Source: Pseudomonadota bacterium
Lineage (GTDB): Bacteria; Pseudomonadota; Gammaproteobacteria; Burkholderiales; Burkholderiaceae_C
DNA length: 64,000 nt
Direction of reading: 5' to 3'
NCBI GenBank assembly: GCA_041169165.1
Contig: JBEEJN010000018.1
Coordinates: 18,736 to 82,735, forward strand
Part shown: positions 28,825 to 38,639 of the stretch, in pieces
Position numbering within the stretch: the first letter of the stretch is position 1
Layout: each line of letters begins with the position of its first letter
Position numbers and translations under genes: made by a program
The notes under the pieces: model-generated
The model's database searches: none
What the model was told of the DNA's origin: nothing
The model's input: only the letters and a program-made list of their open reading frames with translations

Positions 28825-30138
28825 TCAGGCCCTGAACGGACTGTGCGCCTGCAATTCGTCCAAATAACTTGCCACGCCGCTGCGTTCGCGTTCCAGGAAG
28901 CGCGCGACGGCGCTGGAGAACTCGCGGTCGGCCAGCCAGTGCGCTGACCAGGTCGCGACCGGCATCAGGCCGCGCGCGAGCTTGTGTTCGCCCTGGGCGC
29001 CGCCCTCGAAGCGCTGCCAGCCGTGTTCGACGCACCAGCGCAGCGGCTCGTGGTAGCAGGCGGCGAAGTGCAGATGGTTGATGCGTTCGGTCGCGCCCCA
29101 GTAGCGGCCCCAGGCGGTGCGGGTGGTGTCGTCCAGGGCGACCAACGACGCGGCCACACGCTCGCCCTCGCGGCGGGCGATGAACATCAGCCACAGCTCG
29201 GGCAGCGCGGCCCGGGTGCTGTCGAAGAAGGCGCGGCTCAGATAGGGCGTCGAGTGGTGCTCGCGGTAGGTGCTGCAGTAGCAGCGGTAGAAGTGGTCCC
29301 AGTCGTCCGTGCTGATGTCGCTGCCGCGCCTGACCTCGAACGTCACCCCGGCGCGCGCGACATAGCCGCGTTCCTGGGTGAGTTTCTTGCGCTTGTCGCG
29401 GGTCAGGCTGGCCAGGTAGTCGTCCCAATCGCGGTAGGGCGCCGGCCCGGCGTCGTTGGTGACGCCTTGGACCGTGCCGTTCGTGGCGCCGCGATTGCTC
29501 CAGTGGAACTGCACGCCCTGGCGCAGCAACCAGCCGGCCTGGCGGGCGGCAGCCTGGTCGGCCTCGTCCATGAACAGCAGATGGGCCGATGACCAGCCCT
29601 GCTCGCGCGCAAGCGTGCTCATGCCTTGCAGCAGCGCCTGGCGGGTTTCGGCGTCGCGCGCCAGCAGGCGGCTGCCGGGCACCGGGGTGAAGGGCACGGC
29701 GCTCAGCAGCTTGGGGTAGTAGTCGCGCCCGGCGCGCTGCCAGGCGTCGGCCCAGGCCCAATCGAAGACATATTCGCCGTAGGAATGCGACTTGAGGTAC
29801 AGCACACAGGCGCCGCACAGCTCGGCCCGGCCGCGATCGTCTGCAGAGGCGAGCGCATGCAGCAGCAGGTAAAGCGGCTGCCAGCCGGTATCCGCTACCG
29901 CCGAGCCGCTGCTTTGCAGCGCTGCCAGGTAGGCGTGGCGCATGAAGGGTGTGGGATGGGGGGCGGCGTCGACCAGGGCGTCCCAGGCAGCCGCGTCGAT
30001 GTGGGCCAGGTCTTGCGCCACCTGCAGGCTGGCTTGCACCGTCGTGGGCGTGGCCCCGCCGTTACCATTCCCGGCCGGCGTTGTGGTCGCTGACCCCTGC
30101 TGCGCGTCGGCGGCCTGGGCTGCTGTCGCTTGCGTCAT
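28825..30138 (-). CDS. GNAT family / FemAB-related protein (DUF482)
   Basis: YLKSHSYGEYVFDWAW, PFTPVPGSRLL, GRYWG, LHFAACY, FEGGAQGEHKLARG; start uncertain. Confidence 0.9.
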   Translation of the reverse strand: MTQATAAQAADAQQGSATTTPAGNGNGGATPTTVQASLQVAQDLAHIDAAAWDALVDAAPHPTPFMRHAYLAALQSSGSAVADTGWQPLYLLLHALASADDRGRAELCGACVLYLKSHSYGEYVFDWAWADAWQRAGRDYYPKLLSAVPFTPVPGSRLLARDAETRQALLQGMSTLAREQGWSSAHLLFMDEADQAAARQAGWLLRQGVQFHWSNRGATNGTVQGVTNDAGPAPYRDWDDYLASLTRDKRKKLTQERGYVARAGVTFEVRRGSDISTDDWDHFYRCYCSTYREHHSTPYLSRAFFDSTRAALPELWLMFIARREGERVAASLVALDDTTRTAWGRYWGATERINHLHFAACYHEPLRWCVEHGWQRFEGGAQGEHKLARGLMPVATWSAHWLADREFSSAVARFLERERSGVASYLDELQAHSPFRA

Positions 30139-30178
30139 CGTTCCTGCCGTCCTACCTGCCATCACTCCTCCTGCGTCC

Positions 30179-31897
30179 ATGCCCTCATCCTCGCCGCTGT
30201 CGGTGGCCCTGCTGCAGATCAATCCCGTCCTGGGCGACCTCGCGGGCAATGCCCGTCTCATCGCCGACGCCGCTCGGCGTGCCCATGCGAGCGGCGCACG
30301 CCTGGCGGTGGCGCCCGAGCTGGCCCTGTGCGGCTATCCGCCCGAGGACCTGCTCATGCGCCCGGCCTTCCTGGCCGCCTGCGAGCAGGCACTGTCGGAT
30401 TGCGCCGCAGCGCTGACTGACCTGGGCGATTTCACCGTGGTGTTGGGCCACCCGGCGGCCTGGTCGCCGGCCGGCGTCGATGGGGGGGATGTTCGCACGC
30501 GCTCCTTGTCCACCCAGGCCTGCCTGAATGCCGCCTCGGTGCTGCGCGGCGGGCGGGTGCTCGGTCGTTACGCCAAGCGCGAGTTGCCCAACTACCAGGT
30601 CTTTGACGAGAAGCGTTATTTCATCAGCGGACGCGAACTCGGGCCGGACAGCGGCCTGGGCCCGCTGGTGGTCGAGGTCGATGGCCGCCGCTTCGGCGTG
30701 CTGATCTGTGAAGACGCATGGTTCGCCGAGCCCGCCGAAGCCGCCCGCTCCGCCGGCGCCGAGGTGCTGCTGGTGCTCAACGCGTCGCCCTTCCATCTGG
30801 GCAAGCAGGCCGAACGCGAGGCGCGCATGGCCGAGCGCGCCCGCACTGTCGGCCTGCCGCTGCTCTATGCCCACCTGGTGGGTGGGCAAGACGAGGTGGT
30901 GTTTGACGGTGCGTCCTTTGCGGTCGACGCCGCCGGCGCGCTCAGTGCCCGCGCGCCCAGCTTCGAGGCCTGCGAACTGCTCATCACGCTGACAGGCGCC
31001 GACCCCGCGCCGCAGGGACCGCTGGCCGAGTTGCCCGGCCTCGAAGCCCAGGCCTGGGGCGCGCTGGTGACGGGTGTGCGCGACTACATCGGCAAGAACG
31101 GCTTTCCTGGCGCGCTCATCGGCCTGTCGGGCGGCATCGACTCGGCGCTGGTGCTGGCCGTCGCGGTCGACGCCCTGGGCGCCGACAAGGTGCGCACGGT
31201 GATGATGCCCAGCCCCTACACCGCCGACATCTCCTGGATCGACGCCGCCGACATGGCCCGGCGGGTGGGTGTGCGTTACGACGAGATGAGCATCGTGCCC
31301 ATGTTCGATGCCTTCAAGGCCACGCTGGCGGCCGACTTTGCCGGTCGCGCCGAGGACGCCACCGAAGAAAACATCCAGGCCCGTGTGCGCGGCACCCTGC
31401 TCATGGCCCTGTCGAACAAGTTTGGCGCCATCGTGCTGACGACCGGCAACAAGAGCGAGATGGCGACCGGCTACTGCACGCTGTACGGCGACATGGCAGG
31501 CGGCTTCGCGGTCATCAAGGATGTCGCCAAGACCCTCGTCTACCGCCTGGCCGCCTGGCGCAACGCCCAGGCCGTCGCGGTCGGGCAGCAGCCGCCCATC
31601 CCCGAACGCATCATCACCCGCGCACCCAGCGCCGAACTGCGCGCCAACCAGACCGACCAGGACAGCCTGCCCCCTTACGAGGTGCTGGACGACATCCTGG
31701 CGCGCTACATGGAGCAGGACCAGAGCCTGGCCGAGATCGTCGCGGCTGGCCACACGCCGGCCGACGTCGAACGGGTGACGCGGCTGATCAAGTTCAATGA
31801 ATACAAGCGCCGCCAGGCACCGGTGGGCATCCGCATCACCCACCGCGCCTTCGGGCGCGACTGGCGCTACCCCATCACGTCGAAGTTCCGTGCCTGA
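30179..31897 (+). CDS. nadE: Glutamine-dependent NAD+ synthetase
   Basis: Nitrilase domain (PEL, EKRYF, ICEDAW) fused to synthetase (GLSGGIDSA, ENIQARVRG, TGNKSE, PSAELR). Confidence 0.95.
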   Translation: MPSSSPLSVALLQINPVLGDLAGNARLIADAARRAHASGARLAVAPELALCGYPPEDLLMRPAFLAACEQALSDCAAALTDLGDFTVVLGHPAAWSPAGVDGGDVRTRSLSTQACLNAASVLRGGRVLGRYAKRELPNYQVFDEKRYFISGRELGPDSGLGPLVVEVDGRRFGVLICEDAWFAEPAEAARSAGAEVLLVLNASPFHLGKQAEREARMAERARTVGLPLLYAHLVGGQDEVVFDGASFAVDAAGALSARAPSFEACELLITLTGADPAPQGPLAELPGLEAQAWGALVTGVRDYIGKNGFPGALIGLSGGIDSALVLAVAVDALGADKVRTVMMPSPYTADISWIDAADMARRVGVRYDEMSIVPMFDAFKATLAADFAGRAEDATEENIQARVRGTLLMALSNKFGAIVLTTGNKSEMATGYCTLYGDMAGGFAVIKDVAKTLVYRLAAWRNAQAVAVGQQPPIPERIITRAPSAELRANQTDQDSLPPYEVLDDILARYMEQDQSLAEIVAAGHTPADVERVTRLIKFNEYKRRQAPVGIRITHRAFGRDWRYPITSKFRA

Positions 31898-32049
31898 TCG
31901 TGGCCCGCGGCCTTGCCCGGTTGCTGCTGGCGGGCCACGAATGCCGGGAGTGCCCGACTCACCTGGCCCGCCGGAACCGGCCGATCTGCACCGGACCCAC
32001 TGCATGCCCAACATCACCTGAGGCCCCGACCCGGCCGGGAAGTGACTCC

Positions 32050-34995
32050 ATGACCGAACGACACGCTGCGTCCTGTTCCCAGCCCACGTCCAGCGAACCA
32101 GCCGCGCGGCGGTTGCCCTGCCGGCGGACACGCCAGTCGGCGACCGGCGGCTTGTGCGCGCTGGGCGCCCTGGTCGCCACCGCACTGCTGGCGGCCTGCG
32201 CCCAGGTGCCGGGCGGCGAAGCGGGCGCGGCGACGACGTCAGCCGCCGGCGCGGCATCGGCTGGCCATGCCGGTGCGAACCCAGGCTCGGCGCGCACGCC
32301 GGGCACGGCGGCCTCGGGCGCAGCGGCTGCGCCCGCAGCGGGCCAGCCGCCAGCCTTCGCCACCGTCATCAAGGACGCCCAGCGCATCGAGGGTGGCACC
32401 TTTCCCGTCTGGCGCAAGGACGAGAAGGTCTGGATCGAACTGGCCGAGAAGGACTTCGGCGTGCCGCTGTTCTTCTCGCCCAAGATCGCTTCGGGCATCG
32501 GGGAAGGCCCGCTGCTCGGCGGGCTGATGAGCAGCCGCAGCGCCGCCTTCGGGCGTCCGCAGCTGGTCGAGTTCAGGCGTGTCTACCAGCAGATCCAGCT
32601 GGTGGCGCGCAACACGCGTTATGTGGCGCGTGACGGTACGCCGGCGGCGCGGGCGGTGCGCAGCGCCTTCTCGCCCAGCCTGATCGGCAGCGCGCCGCTG
32701 GCGAGCCAGCCGCACCCGGAACGCAAGACCGTGCTGGTCGAGGCCAGCAACCTGCTGGCCGGCGACCTGCTCGGCCTGGGCATCCTGCTGCAACGCGCCT
32801 ACCGCCAGGGTTACGCGCTGGACGGCCGCCACTCCGCGCTGCTCAACATCCGCGCCAAGTCCGACGCGCTGGTGTTCGAGTTCCAGAACCATTACGCCAC
32901 CAGCGGCATCAATACGCCGCAGCCCGCTGCCGGCGGCGCTGGACCGCAGCCCAGCCTGCCCGACACCCTGCCCGATGTGCGCAGCCTGTTCGTGACGCTG
33001 CACTACTCGCTGTCGCGCCTGCCCGAGCAGCCCATGGCGCCGCGCCTGGCCGATGCGCGCATCGGCCATTTCATCAGTCTGGTGGGCGACTTCAGCGACG
33101 ACCTCGAACGGTCGGCGCGCCGGCACTACATCAACCGCTGGCGGCTGGAAAAGAAGGACCCGGCCGCCGCGCTGTCCGAGCCGGTGCGGCCCATCACCTA
33201 CTGGATCGACGCCGATGTGCCGGAGAAATACCGCGCCAGCATCTCTGCCGGCATCCTGGAGTGGAACCTGGCTTTCGAGAAGATCGGCTTCAAGAACGCC
33301 ATCGTCGTGCAGCAGCAGCCCGACAAGGCCGACTTCGACACGCTGGACGTCGGCGTGGCCTCGGTGCGCTGGATGACCAACGCCCAGGCCAGCTTCGGCG
33401 CCATCGGCCCCAGCCATGTCGATCCGCGCAGCGGTGAGATCCTGGACGCCGACGTCGCCATCGAAAGCCTCAGTTCGCGCGGCCTGCGTGCTGCGCGGGC
33501 ACAGATCCTGCCGCCGCGCAACCCCGCCGCGAGCTGGGCCCGGCTGATGCAGTCGACCGACCTGGCGGCCGAACTGCGCGCCGACGCCCAGGCCGCTGCT
33601 GCCGTCGCGCGCCCCGGCACGGGTGCGGACGTCGCCGATGCACCCGCCTGGCCACGCGCCGACGCCTGCGAACACGCCGACCATGCCGCCGAAGAGTTGT
33701 CCTACGCCCTGGACGTGCTGAGCGCGCGCGGCGACCTCGACCCCGCCAGCCCCGAGGTCGAGGCCTTCGTGCAGGCGTACATGAAGGACGTGACCATGCA
33801 CGAGGTGGGCCACACCCTGGGCCTGCGCCACAACTTCCGCGCCTCGCGCGTGTACGACGAACGTGCCCTGGCCGACCCCGAGTTCACGCGCAGCCACGCG
33901 CTGTCCGGTTCGGTGATGGAATACCTGCCCGTCAATCTGCCGCGCCCGGGCGAGAAGACGCCGGCACCCTTCCAGACCACGCTCGGCCCCTATGACTACT
34001 GGGCGATCGAATACGCCTACAAGCCGATGGCTCCTGAACGCGAAGCCGCGGAGCTGGCACGCATCGCCGCGCGCAGCGGCGAGACCGAACTGGCCTATGC
34101 CACCGATGAGGACGCTTTTCTCGGGCTGGACCCCGAGGCGCTGCAGTTCGACCTGGGCAGCGACCCGGTGGCCTATGCCGCGCGCCGACTGGTGATCGCG
34201 CAGGACCTGCTGCGCCGGGTCGAAAGCCGCAAGCTTGACGAGGGTGACGACTACCCCGGCCTGCGCCGCACGGTGTCGTACGCGCTGCGCGACGTGGCGC
34301 GGGCCAGCGGCGTGCTGGCGCGCCAGATCGGTGGCGTGCGTACGCTGCGCGACCGCGCCAACACCCGCCGCGATCCGCTCGAACCGGTGCCGGCCAGCCG
34401 TCAGCGCGCGGCGCTCGATGCGCTGGCCAGCGGCCTGCTGGCGCCCAACGGGCTGGCACTGTCGTCTGCCCTGCAGCGCCGCCTGGCGCCCGATTTCCTC
34501 GAACGCGGCGATGCGATTGAGGATGGCGACGCCCCGGTGTCGACCGACTATGCACCGGCCCAGGTGCTGCTGGACATGCAAAAGGCGCTGATCGGCCAGT
34601 TGCTCAGCGACGGCGTGGCCAGCCGCTTGCTCGACAGCGAAGGCAAGGCGCCAGGCGCCGACGGCAGTCTGCGCCTGAGTGAGCTCTACGGGCGGGTGCA
34701 GCGCGAGTTGTGGTCGGAACTGGGTGCGCCGCAGCGCGGCGACATCGCCCCGCTGCGCCGGGAACTGCAGCGTGACCATGTCGGCCGCCTGGCTGCCGCC
34801 TTGCTCAATCCGGCGCGGCTGAGTCGCGCCGACGCACGCAGCCTGGTGCGTGCGCAGGCGGTCGAACTGCAGACGCGCCTGGCCGGCGTTGCCCGCCGCA
34901 ACGATCTGGGCGAGGAGACCCGGGCCCATCTGCGCGACTGTGCCGACACCCTGGCCGAGGCGCTGGCCGCACGCCTGACCCGAGCGGCGCCCTGA
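32050..34995 (+). CDS. Zinc-dependent metalloprotease lipoprotein (DUF5117/EcxA-like metzincin)
   Basis: Lipobox LLAAC; DARIGHF, YINRWRLEKKD, HEVGHTLGLRH (33799-33831), SVMEY Met-turn, YDYWAIEYAY. Confidence 0.9.
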   Translation: MTERHAASCSQPTSSEPAARRLPCRRTRQSATGGLCALGALVATALLAACAQVPGGEAGAATTSAAGAASAGHAGANPGSARTPGTAASGAAAAPAAGQPPAFATVIKDAQRIEGGTFPVWRKDEKVWIELAEKDFGVPLFFSPKIASGIGEGPLLGGLMSSRSAAFGRPQLVEFRRVYQQIQLVARNTRYVARDGTPAARAVRSAFSPSLIGSAPLASQPHPERKTVLVEASNLLAGDLLGLGILLQRAYRQGYALDGRHSALLNIRAKSDALVFEFQNHYATSGINTPQPAAGGAGPQPSLPDTLPDVRSLFVTLHYSLSRLPEQPMAPRLADARIGHFISLVGDFSDDLERSARRHYINRWRLEKKDPAAALSEPVRPITYWIDADVPEKYRASISAGILEWNLAFEKIGFKNAIVVQQQPDKADFDTLDVGVASVRWMTNAQASFGAIGPSHVDPRSGEILDADVAIESLSSRGLRAARAQILPPRNPAASWARLMQSTDLAAELRADAQAAAAVARPGTGADVADAPAWPRADACEHADHAAEELSYALDVLSARGDLDPASPEVEAFVQAYMKDVTMHEVGHTLGLRHNFRASRVYDERALADPEFTRSHALSGSVMEYLPVNLPRPGEKTPAPFQTTLGPYDYWAIEYAYKPMAPEREAAELARIAARSGETELAYATDEDAFLGLDPEALQFDLGSDPVAYAARRLVIAQDLLRRVESRKLDEGDDYPGLRRTVSYALRDVARASGVLARQIGGVRTLRDRANTRRDPLEPVPASRQRAALDALASGLLAPNGLALSSALQRRLAPDFLERGDAIEDGDAPVSTDYAPAQVLLDMQKALIGQLLSDGVASRLLDSEGKAPGADGSLRLSELYGRVQRELWSELGAPQRGDIAPLRRELQRDHVGRLAAALLNPARLSRADARSLVRAQAVELQTRLAGVARRNDLGEETRAHLRDCADTLAEALAARLTRAAP

Positions 34996-35103
34996 AATAA
35001 ACCCCCGACAGTGTTGCAGGCATGGCATTTCGGCCCTGCTTGCAAGCGGCCGACGAGCGTTGGGGCTCGCCGCCGACGGGTAGGCCGCGCCAGAATCCGC
35101 GCC

Positions 35104-36582
35104 ATGTCTGCCCTGCGCCCCATGAACAAGCTTTCCGGCCGTGTGCTGCTCGCCTTTGGCTCGCTCGGCGTGTTGCTGCTGGGGGTGGCGGTGGCCGGTT
35201 GGCTGGCCAACCGGGTGCCACCCAACCGGCTGGCCGATCTGCATGTGCTCATCACGGCGTTGGGCACGCTGGGTGCGGTTGCCGGCGTGGTGCTGGGCCT
35301 GACGCTGGCCCAGGCGCTGCGTCAGGCAGCCGCAGCTCAGGGGCCACACGCCGATGATCCGTCGCGTCGCCTGACTGACGATGCGTCCACCAGCTTGTGG
35401 ATGACGGCGTCCAAGCCTGCCGCGACCCAGCGCGCCCCGCGTGCGCCGATCACTACAGCACCTGCCTCAGTGCCGGCACAGCTCGCTGCTGCGGGTCCAG
35501 TGGCCACACCGTCAGCGCCCACGGCTTCGGTGGCCGGCGAGGCGGGTGACGCCGACATGCTGCGCTTGCAGCAGGCGGTGGCGGCCATGCAGGCCAGCCT
35601 GCGCGACGTGATGCGTGGTGTGCGCGAGAAGGCCGAGGCGCAGCGCCAGGCGCTCGGTGCGCTGGAAGGTCTGGCCAACCGGGCGGCACAACTCGCGCCC
35701 GAAGCTTCCGGTGTCGCGGCGCAAGGGGCTGCCTTGCGGGCAGGCCCGGCGGAGGAACCGGCGCCACCGGCGACACGCCCGGCGCCGCGCGTGCACCAGC
35801 TGGCCACTGCCGCCGGCCCGCTCACCCTGGTGTCGGCTGAACCCAGTCTGCGCATCGACCATGCGGTCGACGCCGCCCAGCGCAGCGCGGAGGTGGTCAG
35901 CCAGGTGGTCGGCAACCTCGAGGAGATCTCGACCGCCAGCCGACGCATTCTCGACACGGTCAACCTCATCGACAGCATCGCTTTCCAGACCAATCTGCTC
36001 GCGCTCAATGCCACGGTCGAGGCGGCCCGTGCCGGCGACCAGGGCCGGGCGGCACGGGTGGTGGCCGCCGACGTGCGCATGCTGGCCCAGCGCGCCGCCA
36101 GCGCTGCGCGCGAGATCAAGGGCCTGATGGGCGACACCCTGCACAAGCTTGAAGCCGGCGGGCGCGGCCTGCGCGAGGGCAGTCACACCACCATGGACGC
36201 CATCGTCACCTCGGTGCAGTGCGTGACCGACATCGTGGGCCACATCCAGCAGACCCCGGCGGCGGCCGGCAGCGTGGTCGAGACGGCCGAGGTGTCGATC
36301 GAGCAACTCGACCAGATGACGCAGCAGAACATTGCGCTGGTGCAGCAAAGCGCGGGGGCGGCCGAGGCGCTGCGGGTGCAGGCCGAACGCCTGCAAAAGG
36401 TGGTGTCGGCCTTCCGGCTGCTGCAGCACACCCAGGAGGCCGCCTGGACGGCACACAGCGCCATCAGCGGCGCACGGCGCAGCGCCCGCCTGGGCAGCAG
36501 CAGCCTGGCAGCTGACGCCACCGGTGACGTGGCCGGCGACGAGGCGCCGCCGCCACCGGACGGCCGCCCCCCCAAGGGCTGA
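35104..36582 (+). CDS. Atypical methyl-accepting chemotaxis protein
   Basis: Two closely spaced TM helices; MA signalling domain [20 protein letters not shown] with a degenerate hairpin tip. Confidence 0.78.
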   Translation: MSALRPMNKLSGRVLLAFGSLGVLLLGVAVAGWLANRVPPNRLADLHVLITALGTLGAVAGVVLGLTLAQALRQAAAAQGPHADDPSRRLTDDASTSLWMTASKPAATQRAPRAPITTAPASVPAQLAAAGPVATPSAPTASVAGEAGDADMLRLQQAVAAMQASLRDVMRGVREKAEAQRQALGALEGLANRAAQLAPEASGVAAQGAALRAGPAEEPAPPATRPAPRVHQLATAAGPLTLVSAEPSLRIDHAVDAAQRSAEVVSQVVGNLEEISTASRRILDTVNLIDSIAFQTNLLALNATVEAARAGDQGRAARVVAADVRMLAQRAASAAREIKGLMGDTLHKLEAGGRGLREGSHTTMDAIVTSVQCVTDIVGHIQQTPAAAGSVVETAEVSIEQLDQMTQQNIALVQQSAGAAEALRVQAERLQKVVSAFRLLQHTQEAAWTAHSAISGARRSARLGSSSLAADATGDVAGDEAPPPPDGRPPKG

Positions 36583-36592
36583 GCTGCCCGGT

Positions 36593-38422
36593 TCAGATCG
36601 GCGCCGTGCGCGCCTCCAGCCAGGCCCGGGCGTCGCCACTCACATGGGGGCGCAGACGCCCCAGCACCTCTTGGTGGTAGGCATTCAGCCAGGCGCGTTC
36701 ATCCTCGCGCAGCAGGCCCATGTCGATGCAGCGGGTGTCGATGGGGCACAGGGTGAGGGTCTCGAACGCGAGGAAGTCGCCGAACTCGCCGCCACCTTCC
36801 AGGCCCTCGGCCGGCACGTTGAGCACCAGGTTCTCGATCCGTATGCCCCAATGACCGGGCCGGTACAGGCCGGGTTCGATGGAGGTGATCATGCCCGGCC
36901 ACATGGCCATGCCGGGGTCGGGCAGGGCGCGCGAGATGTTCTGCGGCCCTTCGTGCACATTGAGGAAATAGCCCACCCCATGGCCGGTGCCATGGCCGTA
37001 GTCCAGCCCGTGTTCCCACAGCGGTGCGCGCGCCATCACGTCCAGCATCGGGCCGGGCGTGCCCACCGGGTAACGCAGGCGCGACAGGCCGATCGTGCCC
37101 TTCAAAACGCGGGTGTAGTCGGCCTTCTGTGCCGCGCTGGGGGTGCCGATGGGCCACACGCGGGTGATGTCGGTCGTGCCGCCCAGGTACTGGCCACCCG
37201 AGTCGATGAGCAGCAGGCCTTCGGCGCACAGGCCAGCGGGCGAGCTGATGGGTGAGAAGGCGTCGGGCAGTGCGCGGTAGTGCGGCAGGGCGCCATTGGC
37301 ATTGAAGCCGGCGATGGTGGAAAAGCTCAACGAGACAAAGCCAGGCTGGCGCGCACGCTCGGCCGTGAGCCGTTCGTCCACCGTCAGCTCGCTGATCGAT
37401 TCGCGCCCCAGCGCCTGCTCGAACCAGGCGTAGAAGGCGCACATGGCCGCGCCGTCGATCTCCATGGTGTGGCGCACCTGTTCAGCCTCGGCCGCAGTCT
37501 TGCGGCTCTTGGCCAGGGTGCTCGGGTTGACGGCTTCGATCACCCGCACGCCCGGCGCCACCGCCTGCCGAAAACCCAGCGTGATGCGTCGCGGGTCCAC
37601 CAGCAGCACCGCGCCGGCCGGCATGGCGGCCAAGGCAGCGGCGGCGCCGGCGTAGGGCACGACCGCCACGCCGTCGGCGGCCAGGCGGGTGATGAGGGCA
37701 GCGTCGACCTTGGCGGTGTCGACGAACAGCGTTGCGGCTTCGCGGCCAATCAGCAGGTGGGCGCAGAAGACCGGGTTGTAGTCGACGTCGGCGCCGCGCA
37801 GATTGGTGAGCCAGCACAGGTCGTCCAGGGTGGAGACGAAGTGGTGGCTGGCCCCCAGGCGCGCCATCGCCTGTCGCACAGCGGCCAGCTTGTCGGCGCG
37901 AGTCGTGCTGGCGTGTGGCGGCAGGTGTTCGTAGATCGCAGCGTCAGGCAGGCCCGGGCGATCGGGCCAGACCTCGCCCAGCAGGTCGAGGTCGGTGCGC
38001 AGGGTCAGGCCCTGCGCCGCCAGGGTGTCGCCCAGCAGCTTGGCGCTGGCCAGGCCGAGCACCGCGCCGTCCACCACCAGCGTGCCCTGGGCCGGCAAAT
38101 GGATGGCCAGCCAGTCGACATGGTGGGTGGCCGCTCCGGTCGGTATCTTCACCAGGTCTACGCCCGTGCCCTGCAACTCGCGCTCGGCTTGCACCCAGTA
38201 GCGGCTGTCGGCAAACAGCACCGCCAGTTCACGCAGCACGACCAGCGTCCCCATCGAGCCGGTGAAGCCCGAGAACAGCTCGCGGCCCTGCCAGCGCCCC
38301 GGAAGGTATTCCGACAGGTGCGGATCGGCCGAGGGCACGAGCACGCCGTCGATCTGGTGGCGGGCCAGCGCCAGGCGCAGGTCGGCCAAGCGTTGGCGGA
38401 TGGGGTGGGTGCGGGTGTCCAT
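36593..38422 (-). CDS. Aminopeptidase P family protein (M24B, Xaa-Pro aminopeptidase)
   Basis: DPHLSEY, DSGGQYLGGTTDITR, HGTGHGVG, VHEGP, SIEPGLY, IRIEN. Confidence 0.93.
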   Translation of the reverse strand: MDTRTHPIRQRLADLRLALARHQIDGVLVPSADPHLSEYLPGRWQGRELFSGFTGSMGTLVVLRELAVLFADSRYWVQAERELQGTGVDLVKIPTGAATHHVDWLAIHLPAQGTLVVDGAVLGLASAKLLGDTLAAQGLTLRTDLDLLGEVWPDRPGLPDAAIYEHLPPHASTTRADKLAAVRQAMARLGASHHFVSTLDDLCWLTNLRGADVDYNPVFCAHLLIGREAATLFVDTAKVDAALITRLAADGVAVVPYAGAAAALAAMPAGAVLLVDPRRITLGFRQAVAPGVRVIEAVNPSTLAKSRKTAAEAEQVRHTMEIDGAAMCAFYAWFEQALGRESISELTVDERLTAERARQPGFVSLSFSTIAGFNANGALPHYRALPDAFSPISSPAGLCAEGLLLIDSGGQYLGGTTDITRVWPIGTPSAAQKADYTRVLKGTIGLSRLRYPVGTPGPMLDVMARAPLWEHGLDYGHGTGHGVGYFLNVHEGPQNISRALPDPGMAMWPGMITSIEPGLYRPGHWGIRIENLVLNVPAEGLEGGGEFGDFLAFETLTLCPIDTRCIDMGLLREDERAWLNAYHQEVLGRLRPHVSGDARAWLEARTAPI

Positions 38423-38639
38423 GGCGATCGGGTCGGGTGGGGCAGGGCGGCGGTGCGGCCGGGATGGCGGATTCTGACAACTCTTGCCGGACTCGCGTGG
38501 CTGGCGTCGCTGCGCGCCAGCGACAGCGTCGCCGCCGGCGCCGGCGCCGGCGCCGCACCAAGGAAAACCCCTGGCGCATCATGTCGATTTGCAAAGCACA
38601 GTGGCGCTTGATCTTGCCTGCTGCCAGGAGCCTGCTGCC

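Noticed and set aside
23247-28832. Apparent inverted repeat GGCCTGAG / CTCAGGCC at the ends of the helicase insertion
   Set aside because: Both are simply the GCC-TGA ends of the two converging genes; they are not att sites or TIRs.
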